Shown here piece after piece: positions 1 through 7,877 of a stretch of DNA of 64,000 nt. The stretch covers positions 14,256 to 78,255 of the IMG/VR virus record IMGVR_UViG_3300032805_000004; one strand, written 5' to 3'. The notes below the pieces were generated by a model. It was not told where the DNA came from and searched no databases. It saw only the letters and a list, made by a program, of their open reading frames with translations. A program made the translations under genes and the position numbers. This DNA is from a virus. Each line of letters begins with the position of its first letter. Position 1 is the first letter of the stretch.

Positions 1-212
1 TAGCCGCCTGTCACGGTCAGGTTGAAATCCCTGGCGCACCGGGCACACACATTCCGGCCACCCTTGCTGTCCCAGCGGACATGCCGCTGGCACACCGCCT
101 CCCGGCACAGAGCACAATCAGCCACCGGATCGGACTTACGCGCCGCCCGGCCCCGCTGCGGACCGCCGCACAGGCCGCACAACCCGGCGTGGCCTCCGGT
201 GCGCCGCCTCAC
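1..212 (-). CDS. Cys-rich small zinc-binding protein, runs off window edge
   Basis: Manual translation from GTG 212 gives CGLCGG, CALC, VCQRH, CARC; not in the ORF track. Confidence 0.45.
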   Translation of the reverse strand, partial: MRRRTGGHAGLCGLCGGPQRGRAARKSDPVADCALCREAVCQRHVRWDSKGGRNVCARCARDFNLTVTGG

Positions 213-225
213 ACGCCCCCAGGAA

Positions 226-873
226 TCACGCCGCGGCGGACAGCCGCTCGATCAGCTCAGGCTTAGTGCCCTTACCTGACAGGCCCCTTGTCGCCGCGAG
301 CCGCTTCAACTCGCTGTACGGCAACGCAGCCAGATCCAGCGGCGGCTGGTCAGCAGGCGGCTCCGGGAGCGGCACATCGGCCACTACGTACGAGTCCACC
401 GCGAACTCGGGCGATGGCGCATCTGGCACCAGCCCGGCCACGGCCGGGTCACGGGCACCGCACTCCGTGCAGAACCGCTGCCCGGCGGTCACGTCCACCC
501 CGCAGTCACGGCACGGCACCACCGCGGCTACGGCTACTTTCTGCCCGGCTACGAGCGCGGTCAACGCCTCAAGGATGCCCGGCATCTTCGCCAGCTCCTC
601 GAGCGCGACCCCGGTCGCCTCCGACTGTTCTTTAGCGCCGCGTTTGTCCCGGTCCTCCCGGACGCGGGTTTCGTCGGGTGTTTCGGGGATCTCGGAGACC
701 GTACCGGCCCACAGCGGATCACCCTTCAGCACAGCGCAGCACCGGGGGCAGTCCAGTACCCATATCTTCGCTGGGGCGCCGTCTTTCACGGGCCGGCTGT
801 GCAACTGGCCACAGCCTCCGCTGGAGACGGGAATGATCGCGCCCTGAATATCCGAGCGCGCGTGCAAAACCAT
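226..873 (-). CDS. Zinc-ribbon protein with C-terminal SAP-like domain
   Basis: CRDC..CTEC ribbon; C-terminus LPYSELKRLAATRGLSGKGTKPELIERL matches SAP consensus. Confidence 0.7.
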   Translation of the reverse strand: MVLHARSDIQGAIIPVSSGGCGQLHSRPVKDGAPAKIWVLDCPRCCAVLKGDPLWAGTVSEIPETPDETRVREDRDKRGAKEQSEATGVALEELAKMPGILEALTALVAGQKVAVAAVVPCRDCGVDVTAGQRFCTECGARDPAVAGLVPDAPSPEFAVDSYVVADVPLPEPPADQPPLDLAALPYSELKRLAATRGLSGKGTKPELIERLSAAA

Positions 874-876
874 AAG

Positions 877-1161
877 CTACTCCGTTTCGGTTGGTGTGCT
901 GCAGCGCGGGCAGGCGTCCGCCCACCGCTGCGCCAGGAACCGGCACCGAGGACAACGCCGGCCGCCTTTAGTGCCGATCGCGTACGCCTTCGACGCGGAC
1001 AACATCCCGATCCGCCCATGCTGCGACGTCCTGATCGCCGCGGCGTGCCGGTCGGCCACATCGACATGGCCACCGGGTTTGCCGTCGTACTTGGTACCGT
1101 CCGCGCATTCCAGCCCATAACAGCCAGGGGGGAGCTCGACGCGGGTACTCATGCGGTCCAC
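877..1161 (-). CDS. Small zinc-ribbon hypothetical protein
   Basis: CPRC..CPRC; coupled to neighbours. Confidence 0.6.
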   Translation of the reverse strand: MDRMSTRVELPPGCYGLECADGTKYDGKPGGHVDVADRHAAAIRTSQHGRIGMLSASKAYAIGTKGGRRCPRCRFLAQRWADACPRCSTPTETE

Positions 1162-2189
1162 GGCTCAAAAATCTCGTACGCCACGACACTCGTGTCAGCG
1201 GTGCCATCGACGGCTGTGTTCGTAGATCCGATCGTGAAACTCGTTCCTGGAATCCTGCTCGCCACGTACGGCGAACCGGTTATCCCTGGGGCAGTAGCTG
1301 GCACCTGGACAGTGAGGAAGATCCGCGAGTTGGCTGAAACGGACGTGTTCGCCACTGTCACCTGGCCAGGAACCGGTGGATCATCCGTGCCGAGAGTCGC
1401 TACGCCCTGTTTCCCGTTCGAACCCTCAGAGACGATCAGCCCCTGACCGACGGTGCCGATACCGAGGCTGCCGCCGATGATGGACCCACCGGACAGCGGC
1501 AGGTACGAGCCGGTCCCAGCCTGCGTGAACGTCCTCGTCGCGCCGTCGGTGCAGATCCAGATTTTCCCGGTCTGGTCAATGACGAAGTCGCCGTTGGCGA
1601 ACGTCCCCGATACGGGTGCGCCGCTAGCGGTGGCACCCGCATACCGGCTAGCGGCGGTCGCACCTGGCATAGATGCGGCGATGGCCGGTACGGTCACGGA
1701 ACCTGTAAAAGTGGCACCGGCCAGCAGCGCGACACCGGCCGCAGCGACAGCGGCGGACACCCATATACCGGGATTACCCGCGTCGGTGCAGATCCACAGG
1801 GCACCGTCCTGCCCGATCACCCAGTCGCCTTTGGCGAACGTGCCCGTGATCGGCGCCCCCGACGCGGTGGCCCCAGCGTAACGGGACACCGCGACAGCGC
1901 CTGTGGCCCCGGACGCGGACACGGTTTCAGCGGTGATATCGCCGCTGATCTGGCCGCCGCCATCCAATGACAGGAACGTCCCGGAACCGGCCTGTGCCCA
2001 TACGGCGGGCGGCCCAGGATCGGTGCAGACCCAGATCGCCCCGTCCTGCGCGATCACCCAGTCGCCGAGGCAGAACGTTCCCGTATCCGGTGCACCCGTC
2101 GCGGTACCGCCCGCATACCTAGATGCGGCAGTCGCACCGGTGACCCCGGAGACGGCTACGCTTACCGCACCGAACTCTGAGCAGGCCAT
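1149..2189 (-). CDS. Putative virion fibre/decoration protein with three internal repeats
   Basis: Three copies of approximately SRYAGxTAxGAPxxGTFxxGDxVIxQxGxxWxCTD; Gly/Ala/Thr-rich. Confidence 0.7.
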   Translation of the reverse strand: MACSEFGAVSVAVSGVTGATAASRYAGGTATGAPDTGTFCLGDWVIAQDGAIWVCTDPGPPAVWAQAGSGTFLSLDGGGQISGDITAETVSASGATGAVAVSRYAGATASGAPITGTFAKGDWVIGQDGALWICTDAGNPGIWVSAAVAAAGVALLAGATFTGSVTVPAIAASMPGATAASRYAGATASGAPVSGTFANGDFVIDQTGKIWICTDGATRTFTQAGTGSYLPLSGGSIIGGSLGIGTVGQGLIVSEGSNGKQGVATLGTDDPPVPGQVTVANTSVSANSRIFLTVQVPATAPGITGSPYVASRIPGTSFTIGSTNTAVDGTADTSVVAYEIFEPWTA

Positions 2190-2453
2190 TCAGGACACCC
2201 ACCATTCGTCGCCGTGAAGCTCCCAGTACACAGTCGACGTATCACTGATACTGGAACTGGAGATCACAAACACCTGGCTGATTTTGCTAGCGACACGAAG
2301 CTGACCGGGCGTGCCGGATTCCTGCTGGCATGTCAGCAGGACGCTGGTCCGGGATGTCACCGACGGATTGATAACGGTCGCCTCACCTGCGACGAGTGTC
2401 GCGGTGCCGCTGCGAGCAGCGGTGGCCGCCGCGGAACCACCTGATCTCGGCAT
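2190..2453 (-). CDS. Small putative structural protein resembling the C-terminal domain of 1149..2189
   Basis: GTATLVAG...VLLTCQ...SDTSTVYWE parallels GVATLG...IFLTVQ...ADTSVVAYE. Confidence 0.6.
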   Translation of the reverse strand: MPRSGGSAAATAARSGTATLVAGEATVINPSVTSRTSVLLTCQQESGTPGQLRVASKISQVFVISSSSISDTSTVYWELHGDEWWVS

Positions 2454-2468
2454 AACTTGCCCCTCCCG

Positions 2469-2756
2469 TTAACTGTCCGTGACGACGAGCACGTTCACCG
2501 TCGAGGTGCCCGCGCAGAACCCGTACAGCGGCGTGCTCCGCGAACCCGGATAGGAGGAGATAGTCACCGGCACCACCGGCAGGGCCGTCCCCGACGCCGG
2601 AAGCACCGCCCCGCTAGCCGTACCAGGCGTACCCGGACCGAACGTCACCGCCGCCGTACCGACATTCCACAGGCTCACCCGGCACTCACCCGGCGGCACA
2701 GTCACCAAAGGCACCGGCAACGTCCCCGACACCACAACCTGGCTCGCTGAGATCAC
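2469..2756 (-). CDS. Small putative structural protein
   Basis: Shares V.L.N.G...V..G and LY motifs with the two upstream genes. Confidence 0.55.
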   Translation of the reverse strand: MISASQVVVSGTLPVPLVTVPPGECRVSLWNVGTAAVTFGPGTPGTASGAVLPASGTALPVVPVTISSYPGSRSTPLYGFCAGTSTVNVLVVTDS

Positions 2757-2757
2757 C

Positions 2758-3243
2758 TCAGCACGACGCTTCCGTATGAATAGCCGACCCGGCAGGTGTC
2801 ACCGGCCCAACCGGTGACGCCGTCCGGTGGTCATACTTCAGCGCCGACACCGTCAACGTCCCGGTCCCGCCACCAGCAGTGATAGACACAACCTCGGCGT
2901 TGCTACCGGTGCCGATCTGCGCCTGCCCGCCATTGACCGCCGCGCTGTAAAAAGCGCCAGCGAACGTCAAAGACGTCGCGCCGCTGTTGAACACCGCATT
3001 CGTGTTGATCGTCGTACCGGCAGATGCAACACCAGAAGCGGCGTACAGCGCTACCGGGGCGAACGGCAGCGACACCTCCTGCGACGGCTGCAACGGCATG
3101 CCGTTCGCCGAAGTCACCCCCGCCTGCCCGATGTAGACGATGGACGAGCCCTCGTTGATGAGAGTCACGTGCGGGGTACCGGCCGACGCCGGGGTGTAGA
3201 TCAGCGTCGGTACTCCGCTGACCGGTGTGTGAATAGTCGCCAT
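2758..3243 (-). CDS. Small putative structural protein
   Basis: VTLINEGSSIVYIG...GMPLQP...LYAA; position downstream of capsid gene. Confidence 0.6.
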   Translation of the reverse strand: MATIHTPVSGVPTLIYTPASAGTPHVTLINEGSSIVYIGQAGVTSANGMPLQPSQEVSLPFAPVALYAASGVASAGTTINTNAVFNSGATSLTFAGAFYSAAVNGGQAQIGTGSNAEVVSITAGGGTGTLTVSALKYDHRTASPVGPVTPAGSAIHTEASC

Positions 3244-3248
3244 GACGG

Positions 3249-3545
3249 TCAGTCCACCGCCAGGACCGTCGCGAGCCCGGCCTCAACGTAGGCGGTCCCG
3301 GACGCGGTGATGCCCCACAGGTTGACCGCCGCCCCAGACAGGGTCACCTGGCCGCCTGCGGCGACCGGGAAACCGGTGACAGCCGGGGACGACGTGCCGC
3401 CGATGAACAGCGTCGCCGGGCCGGAGTTGACGACGGTCACGTTCTGGGGGCTGACCAGGCCCGACGCACTGATGTTGTAGACGGTTCCGGCGCTGCTGCC
3501 GATGGCGGCCTTCTGGTAGCCGGGTGTACCCGCGAATATGGCCAC
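3249..3545 (-). CDS. Small putative structural protein (start re-assigned to GTG 3545)
   Basis: GAAAGGGG SD before GTG; VTVVNSGPATLFIGG motif paralogous to neighbours. Confidence 0.6.
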   Translation of the reverse strand: MAIFAGTPGYQKAAIGSSAGTVYNISASGLVSPQNVTVVNSGPATLFIGGTSSPAVTGFPVAAGGQVTLSGAAVNLWGITASGTAYVEAGLATVLAVD

Positions 3546-3576
3546 GGAGGGCCCCTTTCTCTTAGACCTTTGCATA

Positions 3577-3582
3577 TAGAAT
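3577..3582 (+). promoter_or_regulatory. Putative -10 box (TAGAAT) for leaderless LAGLIDADG mRNA
   Basis: TANNNT hexamer 6 nt before GTG 3589; no SD. Confidence 0.55.
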
Positions 3583-3588
3583 GTGTCT

Positions 3589-4395
3589 GTGAGCGGAAAG
3601 CGCGGCGGCTACTCGCCCCCATGGACCGATGAAAACGTGCAGTTCCTGCGCGACAACTACGCGACTATGACCGCATCGCAGATCGCCGAGAAAATCGGGC
3701 GAACCTGCATCGCAGTTCACGTGCGCGCACACCTTGAGGGCCTCAAATCCCTGCACCGCACAGGCGTCAACTCGCTCATCCCCGGCTACTTCCGGGTCAT
3801 CGACACGCCAGTTAAGGCGTATTTGCTCGGCCTCCTCGTAGCCGACGGCTCAATGTCGAAAGCAGGCCAGCTCAAACTGGAGCTGCACGAGAAGGACGCC
3901 TGCCTAGTTGAGCTAGCGCGCGACGAGATCGCACCAGGCGCCCGGATCGGGCATTACCGGACCCGTACCACTCCGATGGTCCGGTTCATGGTCAGCGCAC
4001 CGGATCTCGTGGCCGACCTCGCCAGCCACGGTGTGGTTAATGCTAAGAGCCTCATCACCCGCTGGCCCGACGATGTACCGCCCAAGCTTGAGAGCAGTTA
4101 CATGTGTGGCTATTTCGATGGTGACGGCAGCCTTCGCGCAGAACCGCCGTACCGGTGGACGGTCGTCTCCGGAAACCCGGACTTCCTTGAGGTGATGCAG
4201 GACCGCATCAAGACGCACACGGGCGTCAAAGTCGGCGGCCCTTACCGGGACACGCGGCACAAAGCGGCGTGGTCGATCGTGGCGACCGGCAAGCCAGTCC
4301 AGGCACTAGATGCATGGCTGCACCGCGACGTACCCGGACTGGCCCGCAAACGGCTCCCGCAACCCAGCCAGATGGAACTGGACATTACGGGATAA
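3589..4395 (+). CDS. Free-standing double-motif LAGLIDADG homing endonuclease with N-terminal HTH
   Basis: AYLLGLLVADGS and SYMCGYFDGDGS motifs; opposite strand to the structural operon. Confidence 0.9.
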   Translation: MSGKRGGYSPPWTDENVQFLRDNYATMTASQIAEKIGRTCIAVHVRAHLEGLKSLHRTGVNSLIPGYFRVIDTPVKAYLLGLLVADGSMSKAGQLKLELHEKDACLVELARDEIAPGARIGHYRTRTTPMVRFMVSAPDLVADLASHGVVNAKSLITRWPDDVPPKLESSYMCGYFDGDGSLRAEPPYRWTVVSGNPDFLEVMQDRIKTHTGVKVGGPYRDTRHKAAWSIVATGKPVQALDAWLHRDVPGLARKRLPQPSQMELDITG

Positions 4396-4400
4396 AACGG

Positions 4401-7400
4401 TCAAGAATACGGAGTTGTGTCACTGACTTGCAACCCCTGGAGAATACCGGAGTAGAAAGGCGCCGACGCAACGAGGGCGCCAAAGAGGAAGCGATCTGTT
4501 ACCCCCCGCTAAGCGGGTGGGCTGGTCATTTCTGCCAGCCTCTGCATCTTTCCCATCGATGCAGACCGGACTGTCTCACGCTCTGCGGCCGGGCGCCCGT
4601 AATGCCCCGGGTGGCCGTCCATAACACAGAGCCAGCACGTACAGTCTCTACACTGCGGCGGGCATCGCCGCAGCTCGGGATTCCCCAGCAATTGGAGGGG
4701 TTCCCCGAACAGTGCCGTTTTCCACGGCAGGTCACCCTGCCGCGCCACCCATTCAGTTCAGCGAGAACTGGACGTTGTTGATGGAATAGCGGAACGAGGC
4801 ATCGATGACGGGCCAGGCGATAGACGCGTAATCTTGTACACACGTCATTTCCCAGGCATTAGCGACATTCGTCCACGTCTGTGGCAACTGGTAGGACATC
4901 AGGAGTGCGGTGCCCTGGGTGAGCCACGGGTGGACGACCAGCTTGAGGATGGATCGGGTGATGGGGTTCTGGAACTCGCTGACCGCTGCGCCGACGCGGA
5001 CGCCGGCGACGTCGGGCTGGTCGAGGAACAGCCGGTAGTTCGTGGCCGTGCCCTGCGAGATCACATCGTTGGACAGGCGCATGATGTCGCCGCCGTCACC
5101 GACCAGCTCAGCCGGGTCAGCGCGGAACGCACCCGGCGTAGTAGAACCGGTCTGCGACTCCCACAACGCGTCAAGCGCCGTGTAGATGGTGTTGTACCCG
5201 AGGTGGGTGCCCACACCCTGGTTGACGTAACCGCCCTGCCAGTTCGCCGGGTACACACCCGCAGTCGCGGACCTGCCGGTCAGGGTGGGGATGATCCCCT
5301 CCATGCGGGTCGCCGCACCAGTACCGGTGTCAGCCGCCGGCGGCGCCGCAGTCGTAGTGATGATCGCACCCTGAACCGTGTAGCGGAGACCGCCGATCCC
5401 GGACACCTGCTTGAGGCAGGCCGTCGAAGCCGACGCGCCTGTAGCGGAGAAGGCGTAGATATTCCACGACAGGGCACCTGGCGGCAGGGTCACCGTCAGG
5501 TCAAACACGGATGTACCGGACGTGTACACGGCGTCGATCACATTGGATGCGACGGTTTCGCCGTAGTAGTTGGTTGCGGTCACACAGAACGACAGGTGAG
5601 TGCTGACGTCCGTTACTGCGGTCTCGTTCGAGCCGGGAGTCCGGGCAGTCGCCGACACCAGCGTTGGCGGTATCAGGGTTGTCGATGTGCCGGCGAGCAT
5701 CATGTACTCTTCCGCGCTGTTACCTCTCGCTTACTGAAAAGCGAGCGGGCTGGTCATTTCTGCCAGCCTCTCATGCTTTCACATGAGGCCGGACCATATC
5801 TTCACCCCACGTGGGGTGCCACGTACATGGTCTCTGAACCATCCCGTCGGAGCGAATCCAGGCGGGCTCGGCTGCTGATTTTCCCTACCCTTGGCTTCTC
5901 GAACCGTCGCGCTCGGGCTTTCGCCCCACGCTGTGGTGCCAAGGTCTAACAGGATGTCCCAGCAATTCTCGCGGTTTAGGCTGGGCAAAGAGGTCTCAAC
6001 CCAGCATCATTTCCTGTAGCAAAATGCACGCTTGTTACTCACCATCCCTGGGATGGCGGGGCTGGTCATTTCTGCCAGCCTCTGCACGTCTCCGTGCAGG
6101 TCAGACTATGTCTCCATCTGGTTTAGGTATCGGACGCAGGTTTCTTGCCCCTCCGGCTGCGGATGATCGCAACCGGGTCCTCCTCCGGATACAGGCCGAA
6201 CCGCTTAACGAGATGCTCAACACAGCCATCTACATCGGCTTCGACCTGCTCGTTGGTGAACCGGACGACCGTGTAGCCAGCATCGCTGAGCGCGGCATCG
6301 CGCTGCCTGTCGAACTCTGCGGCTGCTGGCATCTGGTGTCCCCAGCTGTCGATCTCAACAATGACCGGCTGCTGGTGGAGCTTGATGTCAGGGTAGTAGC
6401 GGTCCAGCTCGCGAGACTGTGTCTCGAAGCTGAGCGCGGCCCTGATTAGTGTCTGCTGGAACAACTGCTCCTGCGGCGAGTTCATCTTCGGCGACTGCAA
6501 TCCGAGTCGCCGGAATCGCTCACGCTGGGCTCCCTGGAAGGCGCCGCGTTCTGTAGCTTCGCGGCGCTTCTCGTACTGCTCCGGCCCCCATGTCCAGCCG
6601 TCGTGGCCGCTCCTGCGCATTTCCGTACCAGACATCCAGAGCCGCAGGTAGATGCTGCTCTGACTGCTGTGGAATCGCTCAGCAAGTTCAGAGGCGGTAG
6701 CGCCGTCCTCGTAGAGCTTGCGAAGCTCGTCAGGGTCTAGGTGTTCTTGCCGCCATCGTCTACGGCTGTTGACGCCTAGTTCTTTGGCCTTGCGGCTGAC
6801 GGTTTCGGGAGCGACACCGTACTCCTTCGCTACGGCCTTGAAGGAACCCAGTCGTTCGTAGTCCGCCCGGAGGTTGTTCCAGTCCAATCCAGATGCTCCG
6901 CGTGTAGTCGTTACGGCTCGCCCGCTACGTGCGGGATTGCCTCGGCGTTGTCCACATGACCCATCATATCATGGATGATGATGGCGAAGGAGGTTCACCG
7001 ATACAGCGGAGATCCCATCCGCACGTCACCGTGCGGTGGCCCCCTAATTGAGGTTTGCTAGCGCGGAAATGTCTTCGAATCCTTGCCCGGCGAATTGGGC
7101 GAGCCAGGAAAGGGATTCCGTAAGCCCGAAGAAGCGGTACGGTACCGCCAGATTCACTTCGGTCTGTGCGCCGGCGCCTGGCAGGTTGTTCGGCCAGTTC
7201 GCGGCACCGAGGCCACCGCCGGCCTGCACCAGTTCGGGGATCGAGATGTCGACGACGCCCTGGCCGCCGGTCTGTGATCCGGAGATGCCGGTGATGACAC
7301 GTTCTTGCCGCATGGTGCCTTGGCCTTGTGGCCGAGGTAGCTTGTTGCGGAAAACGGTATAAACCGGATAAATGAGACGAGATGGTGCAAGAAGGTCAAA

Positions 7401-7850
7401 CGGGACCAAACCGGACACGGTGCCGATCCCGAGATTCCCTGCGGTGAAGGACTTGAGCGCGTCGGCGCCGCCGGGCATGCCGCTCACGAGCTGGGTGAGC
7501 TGGTCACCGATCGACGGCATCGACAGGGCGGCCTTCAACCGGCCGAACTGGTTGAGGAAGCCCTGGTCGAAGCCTTTGTTGACGACCGCGTGTTTGTCGT
7601 TGTAGCCGCGCCATGTTTCGGTGCGGAGTGCCATGGTGGCGGTGTGGGTGCGGGTAGCGATGTCGGCCTGGTCGGTCAGCGGGGTGTTCCCGCCGGGCTG
7701 GGAGAACCCGGCGCCTTTGACCATGGCAGGCATCCGGGCTTTGATCATGTCGCCGGTGCCGCGTGCCCCGGCTGATTCTGCTGCGGCCTGCTCGAAGACG
7801 CCGCCGGGGGCGGTCGCTCCGTCGATGGCCGGCGGTGTGGTGGTTGCCAC
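4401..7850 (-). CDS. Major capsid protein, about 616 aa after splicing; exons 7850-7051, 6026-5999, 5712-4781, 4491-4401
   Basis: Exons join in frame (800+28+932+91=1851 nt): ...ISALANL|ILLQEMMLG|EEYMMLAG...WPVIDASFRYSI|FLFGALVASAPFYSGILQGLQ...; directly follows the protease/scaffold gene. Confidence 0.85.
4492..4780 (-). ncRNA. Group I intron 3 in capsid gene (289 nt, no ORF)
   Basis: 5' exon ends in U (CCAU|C pairs with GGUGG); P7 GACUGU/ACAGUC; ends GUAACAGAUCG. Confidence 0.85.
4519..6083. repeat. Identical 25-nt element in all three introns (4519-4543, 5747-5771, 6059-6083)
   Basis: GGGCTGGTCATTTCTGCCAGCCTCT read directly three times. Confidence 0.95.
5713..5998 (-). ncRNA. Group I intron 2 in capsid gene (286 nt, no ORF)
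   Basis: P1 exon GCUGGGU pairs with GCCCAGC with U.G at splice site; AAUUGCUGGGA/AAUCAGCAG P4-like; P7 GACCAU/AUGGUC; terminal G. Confidence 0.9.
6027..7050 (-). ncRNA. Group I intron 1 in capsid gene (1024 nt, carries endonuclease ORF)
   Basis: Exon ends ..AACCU; P3 CUCCGC/GCGGAG; P7 GACUA/UAGUC; ends GUAACAAGCGUG. Confidence 0.85.
6123..6887 (-). CDS. Intron-encoded homing endonuclease: two HTH repeats plus VSR/DUF559-like nuclease
   Basis: YYPDIKL..VIVEIDSWGH..DRQRDAALSDAGYTVVRFTNEQV; lies between the intron P7 strands; GGAG SD 8 nt before TTG. Confidence 0.85.
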   Translation of the reverse strand: MDWNNLRADYERLGSFKAVAKEYGVAPETVSRKAKELGVNSRRRWRQEHLDPDELRKLYEDGATASELAERFHSSQSSIYLRLWMSGTEMRRSGHDGWTWGPEQYEKRREATERGAFQGAQRERFRRLGLQSPKMNSPQEQLFQQTLIRAALSFETQSRELDRYYPDIKLHQQPVIVEIDSWGHQMPAAAEFDRQRDAALSDAGYTVVRFTNEQVEADVDGCVEHLVKRFGLYPEEDPVAIIRSRRGKKPASDT

Positions 7851-7877
7851 ACGCCTCCTATGTGGTGATAGGCGCGC

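Noticed and set aside
4496-4789. Alternative intron 3 boundaries ending at AACAG
   Set aside because: In frame, but inconsistent with the GUAACA-to-terminal-G spacing of introns 1 and 2; not fully excluded without cDNA.
4834-5949. 371-aa + strand ORF opposite capsid exon 3
   Set aside because: Codon-aligned antisense shadow with no recognisable domain, unlike the intein case.
4519-6083. 25-nt repeats as a CRISPR array or transposon ends
   Set aside because: Spacing of 312 and 1228 nt, no cas or transposase gene; explained as intron 3' modules.
4753-7850. Capsid fragments as separate genes or a pseudogene
   Set aside because: Group I splicing restores a single frame.
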